Source: a virus (Duplodnaviria > Caudoviricetes). From it: 64,000 nucleotides of DNA. The DNA is taken from IMG/VR virus record IMGVR_UViG_3300021399_000002, positions 1-64,000 of that record; one strand, written 5' to 3'. Both the position numbers and the translations under genes were made by a program. Under the pieces are notes generated by a model, which was not told the origin of the DNA, made no database searches, and saw nothing but the letters and a program-made list of their open reading frames with translations. Every line of letters starts with the position of its first letter. Position 1 is the first letter of the stretch. This document shows, piece by piece, positions 30,782 to 43,504 of this stretch.

Positions 30782-30961
30782 ATGGAAGAATTTGGGTGTC
30801 CTTATTGTTGGGACTCACGCAAACAAAAGGAGAAAAAAGTATTATGGTTTCTCGATGCCGCAAATAATTTAAGGGAATGTGAATATTGCCCTAAGTGCGG
30901 CAGAAAGTATGGGGAGGTGCCAATGAATGAACAGTTGGAATCAACCATCACCACAAAATAA
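30782..30961 (+). CDS. Zn-ribbon small protein
   Basis: CPYC..CPKCGR. Confidence 0.6.
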   Translation: MEEFGCPYCWDSRKQKEKKVLWFLDAANNLRECEYCPKCGRKYGEVPMNEQLESTITTK

Positions 30962-31358
30962 TATGGTAATGGGACAAGCATAGTTTAATCCTTATAGCTC
31001 TTGGAATGTTTAGCCAAGAACTTTTAATCAGCCTTTTCCAACCTATCGAGCAGATCCAATTCATGGAGAAAATGCTGCATGGCAATTTCCCATGGGGCCT
31101 AATAGTGAAATATATCTACCAGACAATGATAGAGATATTATTTGGTGGATAAAAACTGATTAGAATGGTAATAAACAAGTTATGCCTTTTGATGTAAAAC
31201 CTCATCAAGAAGCAGCGCCAGTAGATACTCAAGATTTAGCCGCAAGACTCGCGGCGGTGGAGGAATGGATAAATGCCAAGTCTAATAAGTCAACTACGAA
31301 ACGGAATTCCACAGTAGGCGCCGGCTCAGCAGCCACAACTGCCGATTCAGCAAGTTAA
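30927..31358 (+). CDS. Hypothetical Q/N/P-rich protein, recoded
   Basis: Open with TAG as sense; GGAGG RBS. Confidence 0.7.
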
Positions 31359-31554
31359 AGATATGATGCAATAGTTAAGAAATGCATCAAATCCTCAATA
31401 GACTTTAATGTCTATGATTCAATCAAATCCTAATTTTTCAAGAATTACTGAAATGATGAAAAGTTCACATAGTAATCTTGAAACTTTAGCGAAGTAGATG
31501 GCACAACAGCGTGGAATAGATTTGAATAATTTAATAAATGAGTTAATTAAATAA
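31273..31554 (+). CDS. Hypothetical Q/M-rich protein, recoded
   Basis: NPQ*TLMSMIQSNP..MAQQRGIDL; terminator at 31560-31588. Confidence 0.7.
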
Positions 31555-31606
31555 TTATAATAGGAAGCTTATAGCTTCCTATTTTTTTATTTTAGAGGTG
31601 ATTTAG

Positions 31607-31807
31607 ATGGCTAATATTATGACTAAAAATGGTAATTTAGATAATGTTGTCACATATGAGCATATATGTGATACCGAAGAAGATAAAAATAAAATTGACC
31701 CTAAATATATTACTCTTGGAACGACTTGTATTGTCTTAAATGGAGATGGCGGCGCCTTAGAGGTATATATGGCAGATAGCAATAAGTAGTGGCATTCTCT
31801 GCAATAA
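31607..31807 (+). CDS. Small hypothetical protein, recoded
   Basis: GAGGTG RBS; ends TAA. Confidence 0.65.
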
Positions 31808-31910
31808 AAACTTTATATCTTAAAAAAAATATATATGGGTTTTTATTTAGGCATCTTACAAAAATTTTAGAGGGCTTAGCCCAATTATAAATATAACGGG
31901 AGGAATTACC

Positions 31911-32546
31911 ATGGGAGAAAATGGTTTAAGTGCTTCTGATGTTGCTCTATTAAATGATGGCGGCGCCAACGGAGGTTGGGGTGGCATGATTTGGTTATTT
32001 GCAATCCTAGCTATGATGGGTGGTGGATTCGGTGGATGGAACCGTGGATATCAGCCACAGTATGCTACTCAGGATTTTGTTCAGAATGGCTTCAATTTTA
32101 ATGACCTTCAGAACCAGAATAGAGACATTATGCAGGCTATTAATTATGGTGCTTCTCAGTCTATTGCTACTACTAATCAGGTATATCATGATTTAATGAA
32201 TGGTTTATCTGATAAGTATAATGAATTACAGCGCGATATCGCTGGCTTAGCAATAGGACAGGCAAATCAGCTTGCGCGTATTAACGAATGCTGTTGTAAT
32301 ACACAGGCCGCAATTGCCCAGGCTAATTATGAAGCTGCCATGCGTGATGCTGCAACTAATGCTAATTTTACCGCTCAGATTCAAGGTCTAAAAGACATGA
32401 TTAAAGATGATAAGATTGATGCAATGCAGAATCGTATTAATCAGCTTGAACTTCAAAATCAATTACAAGGTGTTGTAAGATATCCAAATGGATGGACTTA
32501 TAATGCTGGTAGTTCTCCTTTCTGCGGTGGATGCGGAAATATGTAA
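31911..32546 (+). CDS. Gly/Asn/Gln-rich protein with CCC motif
   Basis: GGAGG RBS; INECCCNTQ; terminator at 32587-32620. Confidence 0.85.
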   Translation: MGENGLSASDVALLNDGGANGGWGGMIWLFAILAMMGGGFGGWNRGYQPQYATQDFVQNGFNFNDLQNQNRDIMQAINYGASQSIATTNQVYHDLMNGLSDKYNELQRDIAGLAIGQANQLARINECCCNTQAAIAQANYEAAMRDAATNANFTAQIQGLKDMIKDDKIDAMQNRINQLELQNQLQGVVRYPNGWTYNAGSSPFCGGCGNM

Positions 32547-32643
32547 TGAGTGTATTTAGTACACCTTGTTGTAATTAAGATATATTAGGCGTACTATATA
32601 TTAGTACGCCTTATTTTTTTATATATGATAAGGAGGTTATATT

Positions 32644-33057
32644 ATGTTACAAGCTTATTCTAGTAATTTAGCAGTTGAAGCAAATACCCCTTTTACTTTT
32701 AATAGCGTATATATGGACAAGGGATGTGGCGAACGCTTAGTAGGTACATCAACTATTGCTTTAGAAAAACGCGGCGTTTATTTAGTTGAAGTTGATGGTT
32801 TTGCCACTCCTGATGCCGCAACAGAAGTAAGCGTACAATTATACTTAAACAATGTTCCACAGCCACAAGCTATTTCTACTTTCGTCCCTGCCGCAGTGAC
32901 TGATACTAGAACATTTGGTTTTAAAACTTTTGTTCGTGTATTAGAAAATAATTGTAATTGTAATTGTTTAACTAGTCCAACACTTTTACAATTTATGAAT
33001 GGCGATACCGCACTTAGCGATGCGCATATTAATGTTGTCATTACATTACTCAAATAA
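32644..33057 (+). CDS. Beta-sandwich (BclA-C/C1q-like) hypothetical protein
   Basis: GVYLVEV..VQLYLNNVPQP..CNCNC. Confidence 0.7.
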   Translation: MLQAYSSNLAVEANTPFTFNSVYMDKGCGERLVGTSTIALEKRGVYLVEVDGFATPDAATEVSVQLYLNNVPQPQAISTFVPAAVTDTRTFGFKTFVRVLENNCNCNCLTSPTLLQFMNGDTALSDAHINVVITLLK

Positions 33058-33071
33058 ACGGAGGAATTAAT

Positions 33072-33623
33072 ATGACAATTGATGAAATTTTCAGTAAGCT
33101 TGCAACGCATATGGTTGAAGGTATTATGATTCATGATGAAATGGCAAACGCATATGACTTTTTGGGCTTACGCGGCTTCGCAAAATGCCAAGATTTTCAT
33201 CATATTGAAGAAACGAATAACTATCGTTGCTTAGTACATTATTATTCTACTCATTATCACAAGTTAGTTTAGTTGGGTGATATACCAAAGCCGCAAATCA
33301 TTCCTAGTACTTGGAATAAATATACTACCATGGCAGTTGATGCTGGCACTAAAAGAAATGCGGTTAAAGATATGATGACTAAATGGGTAGAATGGGAACG
33401 CGATACTAAGAAATTATATTAGGAAATGCGGCAAGAGCTTTGCGCTTTAGGTGAAGTTGCCGCCGCACTAGAAATTGACTGCTTCATCTGTGATGTTGAT
33501 AAAGAATTAGTACACGCAGAAAAGAAGCTTATTAAATTAGAAACATTGGGATATGATATTGGTACAATTATAAGTTGGTAGGAGCCAATATATAATAAAT
33601 ATAAAAAGAAAATCGGGTGGTGA
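33072..33623 (+). CDS. Ferritin-like protein, recoded
   Basis: His/Glu-rich helical pattern; LGLRGFAK..HHIEE, WVEWERDTKKLY. Confidence 0.6.
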
Positions 33624-33628
33624 TATTT

Positions 33629-34174
33629 ATGATAAGGTTAGTACAGAGGAAATTGATAATTCCTCGCGGCGATACGGGGAGCTTTACAATTCCTGCACTA
33701 ATTAATGCCGCCCAAGGGGATGTCTTAGTTTTTTCTATATTAGACCCTTTGAAGCACGCGAAATTATTTGATAAAATCGTGGAAGCTACTGATGGGACTA
33801 TTACGATTGAATTTACACACAGTGAAACAGTTAATTTAACGCCAGGTAAGTATGTATGGGATATTAAATATTATTAGGATCCGGTTATCTCAGATGAAGG
33901 AAAACTAATTAACGGTACTGAGGTAGATTCATACTATGCTGCGTTTAAATTACCAGAATGTGAAATTAGGGAAACCGGGGATGAGATGCTAATGTCTAGC
34001 GATGCGCCGACCGGTGCTCTATCTCCGGCATAGATTGATTTAGTGAATGCCGCGCTATCGGTTATGAAAAATTATATAGATGAGTTTAATAGTACAATAA
34101 CCTAGTATGTGCGGCATGATGAACTATAGGCTTTAAGTGATGAGGAAATAGATGAAATAATAGGAGGTATCTGA
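33629..34174 (+). CDS. BppU-like baseplate/tail protein, recoded
   Basis: RGDTGSF..GKYVWDIKY. Confidence 0.6.
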
Positions 34175-34175
34175 T

Positions 34176-34970
34176 ATGGCGAATGCTAAAAAGTTTTTAG
34201 ACAGTGCTGGCACTAGTCATCTATGGAATAAAATAGTCGCTGAATTAAATAAGAAAGCCGCTATAGCAGATTTAGCGGCGGTAGCTTCCTCCGGCGCAGC
34301 AGGAGATATTAGTTTAGTAGATACTGGAAATTACTATACTGGTACTTCTGTTGAAGCCGCATTATAGGAAATAGGTAATTCCCTAGAAACTGTAGGTACA
34401 GTTAGTATTAGTGAAACCGAAGGTTCCGGTAATGTGCTAAAAGTATACACTTTAACACAGCGTGGGAATACTATTGGGACTATTAATATTCCAAAGGATT
34501 TAGTTGCCACCTCTGGTACTATTGTAAATGAAGATGGAAATGGAGACGCAGGAACCTTCCTGCGTCTCGTTATTGCAAATAGCGACCCTATTTATATTAA
34601 TGTTGCAAGCTTAGTAGAATATAATGGGGTTGCTGATAGTGAGGAAATTGCATTTACTGATGTTAATCATTAGATTAGCGGCAGTATTAAGGTAGGAAGT
34701 ATTAGTAAGAATAAGTTAGATAGTGCTGTATAGGCTTCTTTGGGACTAGCGGATAGTGCATTACAGCCTGGCGATATAGTAGAAGGAAGTGCTAATGGTA
34801 CTATTGCGGTGAATGGTGTGGATATTGCAGTCCATGGACTAGGTACTGCCGCTTATACTAATACTACTGCTTATGATGCCGCGGGTGAAGCGCAAGCATC
34901 ATATGATGCAATACTCGCGCTAACTCCTACTGAAATCAATAATGCTATCGCCGCGGCTCAAGGAGAGTGA
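34176..34970 (+). CDS. Tail structural protein, recoded
   Basis: Three same-frame fragments joined by TAG. Confidence 0.75.
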
Positions 34971-34975
34971 TGGTA

Positions 34976-36874
34976 ATGGCATTTTAGGATAAGAAATTTT
35001 TAGATGCAGAAGGGATTACTCATCTAGTAAGATTGCTAGATGAGTATCCTAATAATTAGGTTTTAGGAAGCGTAATTGATGCGATTGAAGGGGAATTGGA
35101 TTAGAAAGCGGAGAAGAGTGAGATACCGGAAGTACCGGTGTAGGATGTATAGGCCAATGGATAGAGTATTCTGAATCAAAATGGTATAGCAAATGTACCT
35201 TTAGGAACTAATGCTGTACTGGGTATTGTAAAAGGCGGATCTAGAGGAGTTACAATTGCTAGTGATGGAACTATTTCAATTGATCCTGCAGTTTCTGCGC
35301 TTATAAAAACTGGATCGAATGGCAAAAATCCGATCGTTCCAGGTCGTCAACATGAATCCACATTCTATGGCCTAGCAAAAGCAGCCGGAGCAGATGAAAA
35401 AAATAGCGAACTCCCAGTAGGGCAATACACGGATAGCGCCAAAACCGCTATCCAACAAATGCTCGATGTCCCTTCCACTTCTGCCGTAACAAGTGAAATT
35501 GCAACTGCAATCGGCAACATCAATTCCTTCGATATGGCGGTTGTTTAGGCTCTACCAACTGAAGATATTAGCACGCACACAATATACTTAGTTCCTAAAA
35601 CTGGAGAAACTAATGATGTGTATGATGAATATGTGTATATTAACAATAATTGGGAAATGGTTGGCAATACGTAGATTGATTTGAGTGATTATGCAACAAA
35701 AGATGAATTGCCTGATGTGCCAGTGCAGGATGTACAAGTTAATGGAACTAGTATTGTTAATAACAATATAGCAAATATTCCTATTGCATCAGGCTCTAAT
35801 CTTGGTGTAATAAAAATTAGTGGTACTAATGGAATAGGATTATATTGTAACCCAAGTACTGGTGCATTACAAATAGCAGGCGGTTCTAAGGCACAATATA
35901 AGGCTGGATTAAGTAGTTCAATTCCTGTTACAGCTAATTTTCAGCATGAAGCAACTTTCTATGGTCTTGCAAAGGCGGCCGGTCATGATGAGAAAGACAG
36001 TACATTCCCATTGGGTCAATACACCCCTGAAGCTCAATCCGCTATTCGCTCTATGATCGGAGCAGCGAATGCAGATGACATTGTAGCAGTCTAGGATACT
36101 TAGCCGACCTCTGAAGATAACAAGATCTGGTTACCAGAGACGACTCCTGAAGGAGTAGAAATACCAACTGTTGTAGAGATGAACGCTGCGCTGACTGAAA
36201 AGATTGATGATGTACAGATTAACAGTCAGAGTATTGTTCAAAATGGTGTGGCGAATATACCAGTCGCATCCCGAGATAATTTTGGAGTAGTAAAAGGATA
36301 TAACATAAGAGGCGTTGGAGTTGATAGTGCTGGTAATATACGTGTACTACCAGCAGAAAATGCTAGTATAAAGCAAGGTAGTAGTACATATGAAGTCATT
36401 ACTGCTGCAAATAATTACGTCGCATCTTTCTACGGCTTAGCAAAAGCCGCCGGAGATACTACGCAATCTCAATCTTCAAACGCAGTCGGTACCTACACTT
36501 CTGAAGCTAAGGCGGCTATCAAAACGATGCTCGGTATCGAAGAAAATAGCTCCAGCGGAGAGGTCGTTACACCTATTGATGACACAGCCGGGGTTGGAGA
36601 TACAGCAAAAGTTTGGTCAGCCGACAAAACTTCAACCGAAATCAATAACATCATCGACACAGCTCCGACCGAAGAACTCGCGACAGAGCTTCTTATACAA
36701 GAAGAAACCAACACTTATTTAAACGAAAGATTCTTAAGTTCAATTCATAATATGTTTGAAAGTCTGCCCCAGGATGAAATACTGTCCGAGATTCTAAACG
36801 GAATCATAGATGGAAATAGCTTATTACGTCAGCTTTACCGTGAATTAGAAGCTCGTAAGCTGGCGGCAGAGTGA
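34976..36874 (+). CDS. Tail fibre protein with three internal repeats, recoded
   Basis: DVQxNxxSIxxNxxAN..FYGLAKAAG three times. Confidence 0.8.
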
Positions 36875-36887
36875 AGGGGGGATTTAA

Positions 36888-37922
36888 ATGGCACTTATAA
36901 CAAATACTACTTTAGGTAAAATACGAGATTAGATTGTTGAAAGAAATATCTTGCTGAGAAACTTTGTATCCTTATATGCTACTTCTACGTGGGACGCTAT
37001 TCAACTAGATGCAAAGACAATGACTCTTGAAGAATTAGCAGTAAAGTATCCAATAGGAACTATTTTTAATTCAACATATACTTATAACGGTACTGAATAT
37101 GATATGCCGTGGAGAGTTGTTGCACATCGAAAAGTCACCAAACAAGATGGATATAAACATAATGCGATTTTAATTCAAAGCAAGTATGCAACAATAGAAG
37201 ACATACAAATAGATGAAACAGAAGGTATTATTACGGACGATGTTACGGCTCAAGATGGATATTATTATTGCGGTAAGTCTGGAGATACTTTTACAATGCT
37301 GGCAGTTTCGGCGGGGGATACGATTCCCTATTCTGATTATGATTCTGTATTAAAAGGCATTATTAACGACTCACGTGCATATAAGGATGGTTATAACCGT
37401 TATAAGATTAGTGCAGCTAGACAATGGCTTAACTCAAGTGCAAGATCTGGAGAATGGTGGACAAGTCAACATTATGGTAACAATGCTCCATCGCAATTAA
37501 CTAAAATTAAAGGTTTTATGGCTGGTTTAACAAGCGATTTTCTTGCAGTTATTGATCCTATTCTCATTAAAACAGTCGCTAATAATGTAACAGATGGCAG
37601 AGTCATAGATGAGACATATGATCGGTTCTTTATCCCCAGCGTTGAAGAGATGTATGGCATATCGCAAGTGCCAGGTGAAGAAGGATCATACTTTCCGTAT
37701 TGGAAAGACGCTATGGGTTTAAGCGAACCGATTAATGGTGCGAGCGATGCGCGGTTAATCAAAAAGATCAATGCTCCAGACGGAGATCCTGTAACTGTAT
37801 GGTTAAGATCTGCAAGTCAGAATGACTTCCAAAATTGGTATGTACATCGTCAAGGTACCCTTGGTTACTTTTACAGACCTGCTGTTAACTGCCCTGTCCA
37901 GCCGGTCGCAGCCATTTCGTAA
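36888..37922 (+). CDS. DUF6273-like receptor-binding/lectin-fold protein
   Basis: NRYKISAARQWLNS, FFIPSVEEM, WLRSA..VQP; one TAG. Confidence 0.7.
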
Positions 37923-37946
37923 CTTTGTCGAAGGGAGATGATAATA

Positions 37947-38825
37947 ATGCCTATAACGATAAAACCAACTATTTTTAAGTATAAAGATCGTAACGGACAG
38001 TATTAGAGCATAAACGCAATTAAAGGAGAACCCGCGGCAAAGAAACCGATTGATTTATTTATTGACAATGTGGATGTTGATTACAAATTCGATGAATCCA
38101 CAAATGCAAATTACACTGTAATCCGTGTATATAAAGATACTATATAGGGAACTAAACAATTTCCGTTCGTATTTGCGCCAAATGGCGCAGAACCCTCAAC
38201 TGGGTCAAATAAATCCACATATACAATGACCACTGAATATGGTTTTGTAATGGCTTTGAATGCAGGAATATTTAATACAAGTAATGGATATGCTGATGGT
38301 ATGCTAATAATGAATGGTACTGTTTATCAGGACTCACCATCTACAACACATTCTAACTGTAAGCCATTATGGATTGACCAAAATGGAGATTTACATAGTG
38401 CAGACTATAATGTAACGGCATCTGAATTACTTTCGCAAGGATGTGTTTCTGCTGTCTGCGGTTTTATGCCGATTATTGTTGATTATGTTCCTGTTCCAAG
38501 CTCTGAATGGAATAATGTATCTCATTATAATGATAACGCACAAAGACAAATTATAGGCCAATTTGGAAATGGTGATTATGCTATTGTAACGTGCGAGGGA
38601 AGAAGTTATCAAAATTCCGATGGATGGACGATTGCAGAAGCGCAAAAAATCTGTCAGGAAATAGGACTTAAATTTGCGTATAATTTGGATGGTGGAGGAA
38701 GTACTGAAACAATGATAGGTTTGAAGCATATCAATACCATTTATGATGGTACATATGGGCGCCAAGTTCCTACATTTATAGTTTTTAATGGAACTGCAAT
38801 TCCTCCGGAAAATCCTGTTATATAA
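37947..38825 (+). CDS. Phosphodiester glycosidase (NAGPA/DUF2233) family protein, recoded
   Basis: LNAGIF, QRQIIGQ, AYNLDGGGST. Confidence 0.85.
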
Positions 38826-38839
38826 GGAAGTGATCCCAG

Positions 38840-39322
38840 ATGAACAAGCTTGATTGGCGTTCAGCGCGCCATCGGACACGTGATCGCCTCCTTGAATATG
38901 ATTATCATATAATGCCAGCAGCTCCTCATACAGCGGGATTAGCGACAACCTTTCCTTGGGGTTCGGTCTACTTAGAGAATTACGATGATACCCTAATTCC
39001 TCTAGACCCACATATTACCACATTAAAAATGGTATACCCATGGGAAAATACTTCTCTTAATATTCTAAATCATTAGTTATTTCTTATTGCACGCGCAAAT
39101 GGCTTTGAAGGCGATGAAGACGATTTTAAGCTTCTCTTCTCCTCATATGTAGGCCCGCGCAGCATAATGTTTGCAACTTATGACGCTTTCCCAGAGACAG
39201 GAATAAAAGATAAACTCTATTTTGATTTAGAAGAAAAAATTCTTTATTACTGGGATTAGGAATACATTCCAGTTAATGCAATGCTTATAGCAGACACTAC
39301 TTTGGATGGAGGCGAAGCATAA
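38840..39322 (+). CDS. Hypothetical tail-region protein, recoded
   Basis: FPETGIKDKLYFD motif; stop overlaps the next ATG. Confidence 0.7.
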
Positions 39323-40014
39323 TGGCTGCAAATACAGTTAAAGTAACCTTATAGATACGCCATGACACAGCAGAAAATTGGACTACAAGAAATCCAGTTC
39401 TGGCCCAAGGTGAATTTGCATTAGAAACTGATACTTATTTAATGAAAATAGGCGATGGTGTCCGTACTTGGATTAATTTACCTTACTTAAATAAGCTTAA
39501 TGCAACATATTTTAAACAAAATAACGATGGCACATTAACATTTAGTGATTCGTTTTTAAATAAAATTGCAGCATTAGAAGCCGCGGCTGGAGAAGCGATT
39601 ACTAGCTTAGAAATTATCAATGACCCAGTTTAGCCAACAGATGCAGTTAACTTGCGCTATTTACAGCAAGCAATAAGTGAAGCCGGGCATTTAAAGCGGC
39701 AAGTAGTAGAGACACTACCAAATGTAGAAGACGCAGATGAAAATATATTATATATGATGTGGCAAACCGACCATTATGAAGAATACATGGTTATCAATGG
39801 TATTTGGGATATGGTTGGAACCACTGGAGATAGTACTGCTGAATACGAATTATTAGTAGCAACTAACGCTCGTTTGGGTGGAGTCAAGGCTTCTACATCC
39901 GCGGATTAGATTAATGTTACGCAAGAAGGATTTATGACATTAAACCAAGTTTCAACCTCCTTATTATATGTACCTACTGGTGATACATTAGTTATTTATG
40001 GAGGTACTGCTTAA
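39322..40014 (+). CDS. Tail fibre protein with Mtd-N/hyaluronidase-N-like domain, recoded
   Basis: RHDTAENWTTRNPVLAQGE..KIGDG..LPY. Confidence 0.75.
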
Positions 40015-40030
40015 TAGGAGGTGAAAGGTA

Positions 40031-41782
40031 ATGGCGGAAAATATTCTTGAAACACGAATATTATTACGTTATGGAACATATTCTTAGTGGATGAATAGTA
40101 ATGTAATCCTAAAATTAGGAGAGGCCGCCGTTTGCGCCTTTCCTAATAATCGTTCTATTGTTGCTTCCAATATAACTCCAGAGAATACTCCACCCGCGAT
40201 AGGCATTAAAATTGGTGATGGTGTTCATTATTTTTATGAATTACCTTGGGTACAGGCAGTTGCCGCGGATGTATTTAATTGGGCGAAAACAGCAACTAAA
40301 CCAACATATACTGCTTCGGAAATTTAGGGACTAAAAACATTTATTGAAGAAAATATTTCTAGTGATTAGGAATTTTCAATTGCTCCTCGTCTGTACCAAT
40401 TAATATAGGGTACTGATGATAATATCAATAAATATTATTTATAGTATAAAGAAAATACAGATGATAATTGGACAATTGATGTTAATCATTATATAGATTT
40501 AAGTGATTTATATAACCTAATTACTTGGATTAAACCTGAAAATATTTCTAATTATCCCAATCTTACCACATTAACAGGACTATAGACCTTAAACTTCATT
40601 AACGGACTTGCTCATAGTGAAGAACCAGTTGATAATATGTTTGTAACCGCGGTTAATGAAACTGCAGGTGTAGTAAGTACCACAAAGGCACGGCCAACAT
40701 TTGCTAATATTGCTGGCACGGCAACTGTAGAACAAGGTGGCACTGGTAGAACATCTTTTAACGGAAATGAAGTTTTAATTGGCGCGGAAACGGGAGCGAT
40801 TCAAACTCGGCCTATAGCCACAGAAATTGCTTCTAATACTGACTTAGTTCCTAACTACTTAATTAAAAATTATGTTGATAATGCCGTAGAGGGGCTAACG
40901 GGAGCGATGCATTTCGTTGGAGAAGCAACTGTTACTATTACTCCAAATACAAATGTAGACCCACGTATTGGTGGTTATACTTTTTCTGAAGCACAACCAG
41001 GTGATGTTATACTTTCTGAATCGAAAGAGTTTGTATGGACTGGTGGCGCATGGAGGTTACTTGGTGACGAAGGAAGTTATGCGGTTAAAGGCAGTATTAA
41101 AGATGTTGATATCGCCCCGGACGCCGCAATATCTATTACCAAGATTTCTGGTATCAATAATTTATTAGAAAGAAAAGTAGATAAAGTAGAAGGAAAAGGA
41201 CTTTCTACTAACGACTATACTAATGAAGATAAAGGTAAATTAGATAGTATTGATACTGGAGCATAGCGCAATGTCATAGAACATGTTTTTCTCAATGATA
41301 CAGAAATTACACCAGCTACAGTTAACTCATTAGACAAATCTATTGATTTACAGATAAATGAATTTGATGCCGAATCGCAAGCTAAATTAGCATCAGTTGA
41401 TAATGGTGCTTAGGTTAACACTATTGAACATATTTACTACGATGGCGTTGAATTAACTCCAGATGATAGTAAAACAATTACTATTACATCAAACCCTCAT
41501 ACAGAACATGAAAATAAAATCGAGTCTATATCTATTAACGGCACATTATATAGACCAAATAATGACAAATAGGTAAATATTATAATAGACCAAGCCGCAC
41601 TTAATTTAAACGTATTAGAAGGTGCGCAAATACCTAATGGAAACTCTTCTGAAGAGGTTACTTAGGTGGGCAAAAAATTATAGCTCGCGCGCATTGCAGT
41701 AACAGGTAATGTAAAAGATTTATTACAGACAAATGATGAATATATCACTTTGTCCTGCGGGAGCAGTACAGAGGTAGTTTAA
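40031..41782 (+). CDS. Tail fibre protein, recoded
   Basis: KIGDG..LPW; KVDKVEGKGLSTNDYT; GAMHF..ELLGDE-type module. Confidence 0.8.
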
Positions 41783-41814
41783 CTTGGCTGAAATGATGCC
41801 AAGGAGGCGTTTTT

Positions 41815-42351
41815 ATGGCAACGAATACAAATACTATAAAAACGAGAATTCAGTTGAAAAGTGATACTGAAGCAAATTGGAATAAAGCAGGGCCTAAAGA
41901 AAATTCTAATGGCTTCATACCACTTAACGGTGAGCTCATCATCTATTCAGCTGATGAAGCTCACCCTTTTTCTCGTTTAAAGATAGGAGATGGAAAAACA
42001 AATGTTGTAAATCTACCATTCGTAGATGCGGGAACTTTAAATGGGAATGAAACTGAAATTGTTAAAAAAGATAAATTTTCAGATTTTCCATCTCCAGGTT
42101 CAGAAGATAAATTATATGTAGACTTATCTACAAAAGCAATATATCATTATGCAGCGAGTAGTGGATATACTCAGCTTTCGCATTTTAGTTTTGATGTAAC
42201 TAAAACAACTATTAAAAATATTATTGATTATATACCGGGGCGCCCTACCTATGCATTAGTTGAAGATAATATTTTTAAAGTATTAAATGGTACTTATGGA
42301 ATGCTTGATACAGCGCCACTATCAGTGGTTACTGATGTTAAGGAGGTATAA
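41815..42351 (+). CDS. Tail fibre protein (Mtd-N-like)
   Basis: RIQLKSDTEANW..GELIIY..KIGDG..LPF. Confidence 0.75.
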   Translation: MATNTNTIKTRIQLKSDTEANWNKAGPKENSNGFIPLNGELIIYSADEAHPFSRLKIGDGKTNVVNLPFVDAGTLNGNETEIVKKDKFSDFPSPGSEDKLYVDLSTKAIYHYAASSGYTQLSHFSFDVTKTTIKNIIDYIPGRPTYALVEDNIFKVLNGTYGMLDTAPLSVVTDVKEV

Positions 42352-42354
42352 TAA

Positions 42355-43494
42355 ATGGCAAGTTATATCGGAAAAGTTCAAATAACTGGTAGTGACCCAG
42401 TGTTGGTAGGTTCTACATTATATGGAATCTGCACTACTCCTGCCAGCACCGCCGCAAAAACTGTTGGAACAACAGATGATAATAGCGGTAATTATATTAA
42501 TAATAACTATGATAATTTAATACGAGGCACAACAATTCACGTAAAATTCACACAAGGTAATACTATTACAAGTGGTGTAACTTTAGCAGTAGGCTCTACT
42601 TTAGCTAAAAACGTAATTGGTATTCATCCATGTAATGCAGGGACTATTTTAAGTTTTACTTTAGATGAATCAGAGAATTGGGTTGCAAACGATAATGTTG
42701 ATACAAATACTGAATATGTATTCAAAAGCACTTATAATGCTAGTACAAATCGTGTATTGGGTGAAGCTGATGTAGGCGATGCCGCGGAAAAAGGCGTAAT
42801 TACAGATATTACCAACAATACTACAAGCGCAGATTTACCTACCACTTCTGCAGTAGTATCATATGTATAGTCTATGACCGGAGGTCTCGCGGGATTAACA
42901 GGCGCAATGCATTTTCGTGGTATAGCAACCGTTGCAGTTACTGATGGTGGTACCGAAAATCCAACTATTGCTAATTATGATTTTGGTACTAATGGAGTGA
43001 ATGCTGTAGCAGGTGATGTAGTACTTTGGCAACAAAAAGAATATGTTTGGACCGGTAATAGTTGGGAACTTTTAGGTGATGAAGGAAGTTATGCTCTTAA
43101 ATCTAATACTGATACTATTACAGAAGTTAGTAATTTTACTTCTAATACATTACCATCATTAGATGTTACTCCAACGGATGTCTCTAAAGTAACTGTAACG
43201 CCAGGTTCAGCCGCGAGTTTAACTACAAATAATGTAAATATTCCAAATGTAACTAATGCTGGCACACCGACAGAAGCATCTGTTACTAGAGGAATATTAA
43301 CAATATCTATTGGTAGTGCGCCAACTATTGCAGAATCACCTATTGTAGTTAAAGAAGTAGGAACATTTACAGAAAATACACCAACTGCCGTCGCAGCAAC
43401 AACTGTTTCTGTAGGCTCTGCAGCGAATTGGGATGCTGGTACACAAGCTACATTAAATACAAATAATACTATTGTTGTTGTGCCGGGAACGTGA
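42355..43494 (+). CDS. Tail fibre protein, recoded (1 TAG)
   Basis: Two same-frame fragments; YGICTTPASTAAK, GAMHF..WELLGDE. Confidence 0.8.
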
Positions 43495-43504
43495 GGTGAT
43501 ATAA

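Noticed and set aside
27826-37922. Diversity-generating retroelement acting on the lectin-fold genes
   Set aside because: No reverse transcriptase or TR/VR repeat pair is seen in the window.
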